Positions 56,162 to 64,000 of a DNA stretch of 64,000 nt are shown here, in pieces. The position numbers and the translations under genes were made by a program. Each line of letters begins with the position of its first letter. Position 1 is the stretch's first letter. The stretch is from an uncultured Acidimicrobiales bacterium (lineage in GTDB: Bacteria > Actinomycetota > Acidimicrobiia > Acidimicrobiales > SHLQ01), in contig CALHXU010000056.1 in the NCBI GenBank assembly GCA_938040365.1, forward strand, positions 3,456 to 67,455. The letters run 5' to 3'. The notes beneath the pieces were generated by a model that was not told where the DNA came from, ran no database searches, and saw only the letters and a list, made by a program, of their open reading frames with translations.

Positions 56162-58537
56162 GTGGCCAGAAGTCGCAATCACGTCCGTCGAGTACCGACT
56201 TCGAGTTTCGAAGTCGGCGCAGAATTGGCGTTCATTTTGTTCTCCGTCGCCGTCGTGTTCGGGTTCTCTCGATTGTTCGAAGACCTCTCGTTCTTCGTCC
56301 CGATCGCCACCGTCGCCGTTGCGAGCCACGTGTTGATGATCGGCGTCCGTTGGGTCGGCGGAAACCTCGTAAGTGCGACCTTCGCTTCTATTCTTGGCTT
56401 CGCCGCAACGGCATGGCTGCTGTTTCCTCCCACCACGCTCGTCGGCAGCATCTCGCCGAACACCACAGCCTTGCGCGGCTATGGAACCGACATCTCGCTC
56501 GCGTGGGACCAGTTCCAAACCGTGCAAGCACCCGCGGAAGCAACCGCACCGTTTCTCCTCCTCGTTGCGATCGTGATGTGGACCGTTGCCTACCTGACCG
56601 ACTGGGCTGCCTTCCGATTGCAGTCTCCGGCCGAATCACTCATCCCAGGTTTTGCGGTCTTTGTCTTTGGCGCCTTCTTCGCTGCGGACCAAGCACGCAT
56701 CACCTCGACCGCGGCGTTGCTCGCAGCTGCCCTCCTTGCAATTCTGTTCCACCGTGCAAGCCAGACCGCCCGTACGAGCCAGTGGCTGGGCGAGGGCGCT
56801 GCGAGCCGAGGCCAGCGATCGCTCCTCGGCGTCGGCATCGCCGTGGTCGTAGCAACCCTCGCCGGCGGTGTCAGCGTTGCGCAAGCCTTGCCGGGCTATG
56901 ACGAGCCGCCCCTTGAGAACTTCGATCCAAAGCAATGGAATGATGCCGACAACGCTCGGGTCGTCGTTTCGCCGCTGGTCGATATTCAGGCGAGCTTGGT
57001 CAACCAGCCCGACGTCGAGGTGTTCCGGGTGCAATCGCCGACTCGCGATTACTGGCGCCTCACCTCGCTCGATGTTTTCGAGAACGAAACGTGGGTGTCG
57101 AGGGGGTCGTTCGGCGATGCTGATGGTTCGCTCGAAACCGATCTGCCCGATGGCATGACCGTCCAGAACGTTGAGCAGACCTTCGAGGTTTCTGCGCTCG
57201 CCCAAATTTGGCTTCCCGCCGCATACGAGCCAACCGAGGTCCTCAACGCACCTGAAGACATCGAACTGGAATACGAAGCGGCCTCTGGCACCCTCATCGT
57301 CAATCGCGAAACCGAGAATAGCGACGGGCTGCAATACACCCTGCTCAGTCGTGTCCCGCTGCGCGACGAGGCTGGCGTCGAAGCAATCCGTAACGCAAGT
57401 TCGAATATCCCAGAAGAGATCGCAAACCGTTACCTGCAACTCCCTGAAGGTTTCAGCCCTCGTACCGTCGAGTTGGCCGAGACCGTCATCTCTGAATCTG
57501 GTGCCACCAGCCAGTACGACAAAGCGCTCGCGCTTCAAGAGTTCTTCCGAAACCCATCGCTGTTCCGTTACACCCTCGACGTTCCGAACGGCCACAGCGC
57601 TTCGCACATGGAAAACTTCCTCTTCGAAGTCCACGCCGGATATTGCGAACAGTTCGCAGGAACGTACGCGGCGATGGCCCGTGCGATCGGCCTGCCATCG
57701 CGAGTAGCGGTTGGATTTACCCCCGGCGACTTTGATGAGGCGACCAACACCTATGTCGTGACCGGCAAGCACGCCCACGCCTGGCCAGAGGTTTGGCTCG
57801 ATGGCGTTGGATGGCTTCGCTTTGAACCAACTCCGGGCCGTGGCGGCCCAGGCGACGAGGCCTACACCGGCGAACCCGAAGCACAGGTCGGTAACGAAAA
57901 CCCCGAACCGACAGAGCCAGAGGAAGAGCAGTCCGCCGTCGCCCCTGGCGCAACTCCCCCAACGACGCTCGACCCAAACCGTGCAGGCCCACCACCTTCG
58001 ACCACGATCCCAGAGGTCGCCGAACCGCTCGCCGATGTTACGACGGGCGTGATTGGCGGAACGCCCGCTGGCCTCATTGCAACCGTCTCCAAGTGGCTTG
58101 CGATCGCGTCGGGCATTGTCCTTATCTTGATGACGCCGCTGCTCTATGGGCAACTGCGAGCGTCGCGTGCACGCACCGCCGCGAGCAGCGACCCCAAACA
58201 ACGCGTCGGGCTCGCGTGGACGAACTCGAAGTCTGCAGTGCAGCTGCTCGGCGTTCCCGTTTCTGGAAGTGACACCGCTCGCGAGGTCGCGACGAAGGTC
58301 TCGGCCCAAAATGAGGCGGCAGCGACCCGGATCTCAACGCTGGCAAAGGCAATCGATACCGCGACCTACTCAGATGCAGCCATCGACGCCGCGAGCGCTG
58401 ACGAAGCAGAACAGATCAGCAAAGAGCTGGCCGCAACCGCTCGCGAGAGCTTCACGACAACCCAGTGGTGGTTGCGTCATATGAACCCGGTCAATGTATG
58501 GCGCGACAAAGTCGGCGCCTGGGGCAACCTGCGCTGA
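56162..58537 (+). CDS. transglutaminase-like membrane protein (TgpA-type)
   Basis: 791 aa. Multi-pass N-terminal region, transglutaminase core GYCEQFAGTYAAMARAIGLPSRVAVGF...HAHAWPEVWLDGVGWLRFEPT (Cys-His-Asp), one more transmembrane helix and a helical tail. Confidence 0.88.
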   Translation: MARSRNHVRRVPTSSFEVGAELAFILFSVAVVFGFSRLFEDLSFFVPIATVAVASHVLMIGVRWVGGNLVSATFASILGFAATAWLLFPPTTLVGSISPNTTALRGYGTDISLAWDQFQTVQAPAEATAPFLLLVAIVMWTVAYLTDWAAFRLQSPAESLIPGFAVFVFGAFFAADQARITSTAALLAAALLAILFHRASQTARTSQWLGEGAASRGQRSLLGVGIAVVVATLAGGVSVAQALPGYDEPPLENFDPKQWNDADNARVVVSPLVDIQASLVNQPDVEVFRVQSPTRDYWRLTSLDVFENETWVSRGSFGDADGSLETDLPDGMTVQNVEQTFEVSALAQIWLPAAYEPTEVLNAPEDIELEYEAASGTLIVNRETENSDGLQYTLLSRVPLRDEAGVEAIRNASSNIPEEIANRYLQLPEGFSPRTVELAETVISESGATSQYDKALALQEFFRNPSLFRYTLDVPNGHSASHMENFLFEVHAGYCEQFAGTYAAMARAIGLPSRVAVGFTPGDFDEATNTYVVTGKHAHAWPEVWLDGVGWLRFEPTPGRGGPGDEAYTGEPEAQVGNENPEPTEPEEEQSAVAPGATPPTTLDPNRAGPPPSTTIPEVAEPLADVTTGVIGGTPAGLIATVSKWLAIASGIVLILMTPLLYGQLRASRARTAASSDPKQRVGLAWTNSKSAVQLLGVPVSGSDTAREVATKVSAQNEAAATRISTLAKAIDTATYSDAAIDAASADEAEQISKELAATARESFTTTQWWLRHMNPVNVWRDKVGAWGNLR

Positions 58538-58553
58538 GCAGTAAGCGCATCGT

Positions 58554-58598
58554 TGAGAAGACAGCACCTAGCTGAGAAGACAGCACCTAGCTGAGAAG
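58554..58598. repeat. 19-bp tandem repeat x2.3 (tgagaagacagcacctagc)
   Basis: Perfect copies at 58554-58572 and 58573-58591, with a partial third. tgagaag also occurs at 58640. Lies in the convergent spacer. Confidence 0.9.
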
Positions 58599-58653
58599 CT
58601 AGCGCAACCTGGTTAAGTAGCGGACGCTTATTTGCTGCTTGAGAAGCTGGCGC

Positions 58654-59034
58654 TTACTTGTCGTCGTTCTCGTTGAGACGGTCGCGCATCTTCTGGCTTG
58701 CATCGCCGAAGAAGCCGCGCCCTGAAGATCCGCGGGCATTGCCCGTGACCTGCTGCAGTCCTGCGCGTCCGACCCTGCGAAGGTTTTGCTCGCCGTACCA
58801 GGCGCTCGCCAACATGATCAAAAAGCCGCCGAACGACAACAGGTAGTTCGTCGACAGGGTGGCGAGTAGTACCGCAAGGCCGGCAACGATTCCGAGCGCT
58901 GACAGTCGAAGGTGCTTAAATCCGTGGGAGAAAACAGTCGTCGAAGACACTTCGTGGGCAAGCCCCGGGTCTTCCTCATAGAGCTGCTGCTCAATCTGAG
59001 TAAGGATGCGTTGTTCGTCCTCGGAAAGGGGCAT
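58654..59034 (-). CDS. DUF3040 family membrane protein
   Basis: Starts at MPLSEDEQRILTQIEQQLYEEDP (the DUF3040 signature), followed by two transmembrane helices. Confidence 0.85.
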   Translation of the reverse strand: MPLSEDEQRILTQIEQQLYEEDPGLAHEVSSTTVFSHGFKHLRLSALGIVAGLAVLLATLSTNYLLSFGGFLIMLASAWYGEQNLRRVGRAGLQQVTGNARGSSGRGFFGDASQKMRDRLNENDDK

Positions 59035-59154
59035 CGATGAAATCCTACGTCTGTTCGAAATTGTCTGCTGCGGGTTGTAACACAGGGTACTACAGCAATA
59101 CTTCCATACGTTGGCTCGCAATCCAACGCGCTACAAGGATCCATCGGCCTTATT

Positions 59155-60498
59155 TTAGGTTTCTTCAGGATTTTTGGCGGGTGAACCCCTGTTTGGACGT
59201 GAAGTTTCCTCGTCTTTACCAATCTGGTTGGGACCCCACTGTTGTTCCCCCCGACGCTTTACCCTCAGTTCACCTGCAACAGTCGCCGAGGCGGGTCCAA
59301 TCGCCCCATTGCCAAACCGGTTTCGGACCTCGTCGATGAGTCCGTTCGTCACGAGCTGGCGTTCGGGGTCGGTAGCTGCGTCGCTGTGGTCTCGGTCGAC
59401 GCCGACGGACAGGTCGAGTGCCAGTTGCTGGCCGGAATCTTGGCCAAGATTCGACACGCCAACGCCGAGGAGGCGAACGCCACGGCCGGTGTCGATCTCG
59501 GCCAGCAGACCCCTCGCCATTCTGAGAATCTCGGTTGCTGAAACGAACGGCGACGGTGCACTCACCCGTCTCGTAATGGTCTCAAAGTCGCCGAAGCGGA
59601 CCTTGAGGGTGGTCGTCCGCGCCGCCATGTCGTGGTTGCGGAGTCGCTGCGCAACCGCGTCGCATTGTCGAACGAGCTCGATGTGGAGGTCTTCGCTGTT
59701 CGAGATGTCATGGGCGAACGTTTCCTCATGGCTGATCGACTTTGTTTCGCGGTCTGGTTCGACGCGACGATCATCTCGGCCATTGGCGAGCTCGTGGAGG
59801 TGACGCCCCGATGCGTTCCCCAAGGCGCGGGTCAGGTGTTGCAACGGCGTCTGTGCGAGATCGCCGACCGTTTCGATACCGAGCGAGGCAAGGCGGGCTC
59901 CGGTTGCCTTGCCAACTCCCCACAGCGCCCGCACGGGAAGCGGATGTAAGAAGTCGAGCTCTTCGCCTGGATTGATTGTGAATATCCCCCTGCCATAGAC
60001 CGGACCCTGCTTTGAAGCTTTGGGCTTTCCTTCCTCGGACCCGAGCTTGGCCAAGAACTTGTTCGGGGCAATGCCGATCGAACACGTGAGTGACTCTTGT
60101 TCAAAGATTCGGTTCCGTAACCGTTTGGCGATAGTCGGTGGATCGCCGTGCAGGCGCTGTACGCCGGTGACGTCGAGAAATGCCTCGTCGAGACTCAGTG
60201 GTTCGACCAAGGGCGTGACCTCTGCAAACGCCGCCATGACCCGACCCGAGACCTCTTGGTAGCGGTCGTAGTTGCCCGACAAGAACACGGCGTGTGGGCA
60301 GAGGCGTTGTGCCTGCGCCGACGGCATTGCGCTGAAGATCCCATATGAGCGTGCCTCATACGATGCGGCGGCGACGACGCCGCGTCGACCGGTTCCTCCA
60401 ACGACTACTGGTTTGCCACGAAGTTCGGGGCGCGTCACGAGTTCCACCGACACGAAGAACGCATCCATGTCAACGTGGAGTATGGCTCGTGGAGACAC
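59155..60498 (-). CDS. dinB: DNA polymerase IV (Y-family)
   Basis: ILHVDMDAFFVSVE, SYEARSYGI and LSLDEAFLDVT motifs. The start is uncertain (GTG at 60498 gives VSPRAILHVDMD; the track ORF reaches 60591). Confidence 0.92.
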   Translation of the reverse strand: MSPRAILHVDMDAFFVSVELVTRPELRGKPVVVGGTGRRGVVAAASYEARSYGIFSAMPSAQAQRLCPHAVFLSGNYDRYQEVSGRVMAAFAEVTPLVEPLSLDEAFLDVTGVQRLHGDPPTIAKRLRNRIFEQESLTCSIGIAPNKFLAKLGSEEGKPKASKQGPVYGRGIFTINPGEELDFLHPLPVRALWGVGKATGARLASLGIETVGDLAQTPLQHLTRALGNASGRHLHELANGRDDRRVEPDRETKSISHEETFAHDISNSEDLHIELVRQCDAVAQRLRNHDMAARTTTLKVRFGDFETITRRVSAPSPFVSATEILRMARGLLAEIDTGRGVRLLGVGVSNLGQDSGQQLALDLSVGVDRDHSDAATDPERQLVTNGLIDEVRNRFGNGAIGPASATVAGELRVKRRGEQQWGPNQIGKDEETSRPNRGSPAKNPEET

Positions 60499-60548
60499 CT
60501 CCTCATCTAAGCAGATGCTCAACGCTGGGCTGCGGTTAGAATCTTGGG

Positions 60549-60845
60549 GTGAGCTCTGACGCCCAACCGAATCTCCCAGACGCCGGACCACCGATATGGG
60601 CGAGGCTGCTGGCGGTGTCGTCGATCATCATCGCTGGCGTATGCGGCGGCTTGATTGGATGGTCGGTCTTCGACCTCCAATGTCCTGGAGACTGTGCAAC
60701 GACTGCGGCCATCGCCGGAGTTGTTGCTGCGATCTTGTGCGCGGTTGGTGTCGCCGTCGTCGCCGTGCTTTCGCTACGGGCAATGGCCGAATGGAAAGCC
60801 ATCGAAGCTCGCGACCGCGCCCGGCGGGCACGCGGGCTCTCATAA
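60549..60845 (+). CDS. small Cys-containing two-transmembrane membrane protein, hypothetical
   Basis: 98 aa with a GTG start. Two hydrophobic helices flank a CPGDC loop. Its stop lies 14 nt before the IMPase start. Confidence 0.5.
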   Translation: MSSDAQPNLPDAGPPIWARLLAVSSIIIAGVCGGLIGWSVFDLQCPGDCATTAAIAGVVAAILCAVGVAVVAVLSLRAMAEWKAIEARDRARRARGLS

Positions 60846-60859
60846 ATGGGCGGGCATCG

Positions 60860-61627
60860 ATGAGCCACCCTGAATCGGCAGCACTACGAAAGCTCGCCGA
60901 AGAGATCACACTCGAGGTCGGCACCGAGATTCTCGAGCGTCGGGCAGCTGGATTTGCGTGGGAAACAAAGTCGACATCGACCGATGTCGTGACCGAAATC
61001 GACACGTGGTCAGAGAAGCGGATCGTCGAACGAATCACCGAAGCTCGACCAGACGACGGCCTGCTCGGCGAAGAAGGTGCGTCACAGCCGGGAACGACCG
61101 GCATTACGTGGGTGATCGATCCGGTCGATGGCACCACCAACTTTCTCTACGACCTGGTCGGCTACAGCGTCTCGATCGGTGTTGAAGCCAACGGAGAGGC
61201 GATCGCCGCTGCGGTCTATGACCCGCTTCGCGCTGAGCTGTTTAGTGCTGCGATTGGTCAAGGTGCAACAAAAAACGGTGAACCGATTTCGGTGAGCGGC
61301 CAAGAGTCGCTCGCTCATTGTCTTTTGGCGACGGGGTTTTCTTATGACCCCGACGTCCGACGGGACCAAGCCATGTCGCTCGTCGAGATCCTCCCGAACG
61401 TGCGCGATATTCGGCGTTTCGGCGGCGCGGCACTCGACTTTTGCAGTGTTGCTTCGGGTCGGGTCGACGCCTATTTCGAACTCGATATCAAACCGTGGGA
61501 CGGGAGCGCAGGAGCACTCATTGCCTCCGAAGCCGGAGCTGTTGTCACCCTTGGTGACATGGCGATTGCGTGCGCTCCTGGAATTTCGACAGAGCTCCGC
61601 GCGCTTCTCGATCGGGCAGTAACCTGA
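60860..61627 (+). CDS. inositol monophosphatase family protein
   Basis: Starts at MSHPESAAL. DVVTEID, GEEG and WVIDPVDGTTNF metal motifs, plus WD near the C-terminus. Confidence 0.88.
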   Translation: MSHPESAALRKLAEEITLEVGTEILERRAAGFAWETKSTSTDVVTEIDTWSEKRIVERITEARPDDGLLGEEGASQPGTTGITWVIDPVDGTTNFLYDLVGYSVSIGVEANGEAIAAAVYDPLRAELFSAAIGQGATKNGEPISVSGQESLAHCLLATGFSYDPDVRRDQAMSLVEILPNVRDIRRFGGAALDFCSVASGRVDAYFELDIKPWDGSAGALIASEAGAVVTLGDMAIACAPGISTELRALLDRAVT

Positions 61628-61680
61628 CGCGCCGCCCGGAAGCGCCTAGGGTGGCGACAGCGAACGAGAGAGATCAAAGG

Positions 61681-62370
61681 ATGGCGCCCGTGGGGACTCG
61701 CATTCTCACCGTAGAAGACGACGAACGAATCAGGACCGCAGTCCGCCTCGCGCTCGAGGACGAAGGGTGGGAAGTCGCCGAATCCGACAACGGCGAAGAC
61801 GCACTTTTGATGTTTGGCCAACAACCGACCGACGTCGTCCTCATCGACATCATGTTGCCGGGGATCGATGGCTTTGACGTCTGTCGTTCTATCCGGCGAG
61901 TCTCTGATGTTCCGATCGTCATGGTGACCGCGCGAGCCGACACCCACGATGTGGTTGCAGGTCTCGAAGCAGGCGCGGACGACTACCTCACCAAACCCTT
62001 TGCTCCCAAAGAGCTGTCCGCTCGGATTCGGGCGCTCCTGCGGCGGAGCCGAAGTGGTCCTGACAGCAGCGCCGACATGGCCTTTGGCGACCTCGAGATC
62101 ATCCCCGATCAGGGCATGGTCAAACGAGACGGCGTCGAGATCCACCTCACGAAGACCGAGTTCCGGCTACTCGTCGAACTCGCTTCATCTCCAGGCAAGG
62201 TCTTCTCCCGCGAAGCACTCCTCGAAAAGGTTTGGGGCTACGGATATTTCGGCGACGGGCGATTGGTCGATGTTCATATTCGTCGTCTCCGCACCAAGAT
62301 CGAAGCCGACCCTGCAGACCCACAACATGTCGTGACCGTGCGGGGCCTCGGATACAAGATCCAGACCTGA
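61681..62370 (+). CDS. mtrA: OmpR-family response regulator MtrA
   Basis: Starts at MAPVGTRILTVEDD. Close to Mycobacterium tuberculosis MtrA throughout (LIDIMLPGIDGFDVC, VMVTARADTHDVVAGLEAGADDYLTKPF, VWGY...RLRTKIE). Followed by mtrB and lpqB. Confidence 0.93.
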   Translation: MAPVGTRILTVEDDERIRTAVRLALEDEGWEVAESDNGEDALLMFGQQPTDVVLIDIMLPGIDGFDVCRSIRRVSDVPIVMVTARADTHDVVAGLEAGADDYLTKPFAPKELSARIRALLRRSRSGPDSSADMAFGDLEIIPDQGMVKRDGVEIHLTKTEFRLLVELASSPGKVFSREALLEKVWGYGYFGDGRLVDVHIRRLRTKIEADPADPQHVVTVRGLGYKIQT

Positions 62371-62380
62371 CCTCGCCGCC

Positions 62381-63790
62381 ATGAATCGTCGCCGCATCGG
62401 TCTCCGAGGCCGCATCACGGGCGCTCTAGCCATCGCTGGACTTCTCGCGGCGATCACCCTGTCGGTAATCACCGTCACGATCACCCGCCAAGTGTTGATC
62501 ACCGACCGCAGTCAGGTTGCCGAGGTTTTGATCTTCACCAATGCCCAGACCGTGCAACGCACGCTGCCCGGCGACCTGCTGCCAACATCGACCCAGGCGG
62601 TCATCGACTCGCTGAACACGACCGAAGGTTCGAGGCCGCTGATCAGTACCGATGGTGGCAACTCGTTCTCTCGCGACGGGTCGTTCACCATCGAGCAGGT
62701 TCCGGTCGCGCTGCGCACGGCGACCGTCGATGGAATGGCTGGTCGAATGGTTGCCGAGATCGACGATGATCCGTTCATCGTTTATGGCATTCCCCTCCAA
62801 GGTTTCGATCAGGTCGTCTACTTCGAGGCCATTCCCCTCGCCGGCGTTGAAGACACGCTCGAGACCCTCCAGTTCGTGCTTCTCGGTGGCGCAGCGATCG
62901 TTGCTGGGCTTGCGATCCTGACCGGGCGCGGCGTTGCGAACAGTGCCGTGTCGCCGCTGACAAAGGTCAGTCGGGCCGCCGAGGCAATCGCTGGCGGCCG
63001 GCTCGAAACACGTCTCGACAGTGAAGGCGACGAGGACTTGGAACGATTTGCGGCATCGTTCAACGAGATGGCGGGAGCGCTCGAAGAACGAATCCAGCGG
63101 GACGCACGTTTTGCCTCCGAGGTCAGTCACGAACTTCGCAGTCCGCTCATGACTCTGACGGCCTCGGCCGAGGTGCTCGAGAACGCGCGAGCAGAGATGC
63201 CCGAGCGTTCCCAAACCGCACTCGATCTGTTGGTCAGCGATATTGCACGCTTCCGGACACTGGTCGAAGACCTGCTCGAGATCAGCCGGTTCGATGTCGG
63301 AACTGCATCACTGCAAGCAGACCCGCTGTTGTTTCCCGAGTTCGTTCGCGCAGCCGTGTCGGTCACGCGCCACCGCAACGTCGAAGTCCGCGTCGAGCCA
63401 GCCGCCGAGAATGCAATCGTCGTCGCCGAAAAACGTCGCTTGGCCCGCGTGGTTGCAAACCTTTTGGACAACGCCGAAAAGTACGGCGGCGGAGCGACGT
63501 GCATTCATGTTTGTGCGACCGATGCCTCGGTCATGATGGCCGTCGAAGATGGCGGACCGGGCGTTCCCAAAGATGAGCGATTCATTATCTTTGACCGCTT
63601 CAGTAGGGGCGGAGCTGGCGGGCGCCGAGGCTATGACACCGGTGTTGGCCTCGGGCTCTCACTGGTGGCCGAGCATGTGAACCTCCACAGCGGCAGGGTT
63701 TGGGTTGAAGACCGCCCCGACGGGCTCCCGGGAGCTCGCTTTGTCGTCGAGCTTCCCCTCGATGACGAAGAGCCTGGAGAGTTCGCATGA
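62381..63790 (+). CDS. mtrB: sensor histidine kinase MtrB
   Basis: 469 aa. Two transmembrane segments, HAMP, H-box FASEVSHELRSPL, and N/G boxes (DNAEKYG, GVGLGLSLV). Confidence 0.92.
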   Translation: MNRRRIGLRGRITGALAIAGLLAAITLSVITVTITRQVLITDRSQVAEVLIFTNAQTVQRTLPGDLLPTSTQAVIDSLNTTEGSRPLISTDGGNSFSRDGSFTIEQVPVALRTATVDGMAGRMVAEIDDDPFIVYGIPLQGFDQVVYFEAIPLAGVEDTLETLQFVLLGGAAIVAGLAILTGRGVANSAVSPLTKVSRAAEAIAGGRLETRLDSEGDEDLERFAASFNEMAGALEERIQRDARFASEVSHELRSPLMTLTASAEVLENARAEMPERSQTALDLLVSDIARFRTLVEDLLEISRFDVGTASLQADPLLFPEFVRAAVSVTRHRNVEVRVEPAAENAIVVAEKRRLARVVANLLDNAEKYGGGATCIHVCATDASVMMAVEDGGPGVPKDERFIIFDRFSRGGAGGRRGYDTGVGLGLSLVAEHVNLHSGRVWVEDRPDGLPGARFVVELPLDDEEPGEFA

Positions 63791-64000
63791 GCATCTACTC
63801 TCTCGCTCGTCAGCGCGCCCACGTTCGCCGTGCCATGCGAGCGTTCGCGGTGCTGGTACTCAGCGCAGTTGTGGCTACGGCGTGTGGCATTGCGCTCGAT
63901 GACGAACCTGAGATCATCGCGAGCGAGCAGCTTCCACCGGTTCTCCAGCCCGGCACCTCCACCACTTCGACGGTTCCGGTGCAACTAGCCGAAGATGTCG
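63787..64000 (+). CDS. lpqB: lipoprotein LpqB, N-terminal fragment (runs off the window)
   Basis: Not in the ORF track. ATG at 63787 in an ATGA overlap with the mtrB stop. Signal peptide with lipobox VVATAC. Canonical position after mtrAB. Confidence 0.75.
   Translation, partial: MSIYSLARQRAHVRRAMRAFAVLVLSAVVATACGIALDDEPEIIASEQLPPVLQPGTSTTSTVPVQLAEDV

Noticed and set aside
56636-58309. 557-aa ORF on the - strand
   Set aside because: It is antisense to the transglutaminase gene, which has an intact catalytic core. It has no motifs and shadow-frame composition.
1-64000. Search for mobile elements, prophage, toxin-antitoxin, restriction-modification or other defence systems, rRNA and tRNA
   Set aside because: I found no transposase, integrase or recombinase motifs, no tRNA-like cloverleaf regions, no cas or restriction-modification signatures and no large compositional island. 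The window is conserved housekeeping synteny.

Overview
High-GC (roughly 60%) core-chromosome segment from an Actinomycetota-type genome. It is almost entirely coding, and many genes are translationally coupled through 4-nt ATGA/GTGA overlaps. I found no rRNA, tRNA, CRISPR array, transposase, integrase, prophage or recognisable defence island.

Gene order, left to right:
- serA-like fragment, Zn-ADH, EEP phosphatase, NUDIX, leuS, dienelactone hydrolase, fabZ, HU.
- An ECF sigma factor, an RsrA-like zinc anti-sigma factor and a small membrane protein.
- A minus-strand trp operon: groES-like, trpE, ygfZ, trpC, trpF, trpB, trpA.
- hisH-hisF, convergent with hisB, hisC and a 63-aa ORF.
- mshD, rlmN, a rhomboid-like protein, menG/menA, a nitroreductase.
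- dnaE, an alkaline-phosphatase-family gene, a pseudouridine synthase, lspA, a DksA-like gene.
- The full division/cell-wall block: divIVA, sepF, yggS, pgeF, ftsZ, ftsQ, murB, murC, murG, ftsW, murD, mraY, murE, ftsI, ftsL, rsmH, mraZ.
- A lipoate-ligase-like gene, the MoxR-DUF58-transglutaminase triad, DUF3040, dinB, an IMPase gene and mtrA-mtrB-lpqB.

This is an ordinary housekeeping region rather than an accessory island. The points worth a second look are:
1. A terminator/antiterminator leader upstream of the small-ORF-hisC-hisB operon.
2. A GroES paralogue at the head of the trp operon, with a C-terminal GLYL tail.
3. A DksA-like protein with a histone-H1-like AKKA tail and a lost zinc finger.
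4. A dcw cluster with no murF.
5. Phased MraZ-box repeats in both orientations.
6. Many short tandem duplications, always a multiple of 3 bp inside genes and mostly not (19/22/23 bp) in spacers, plus repeats filling most convergent spacers.

All functional calls rest on motif and synteny recognition by eye. No database search was possible.
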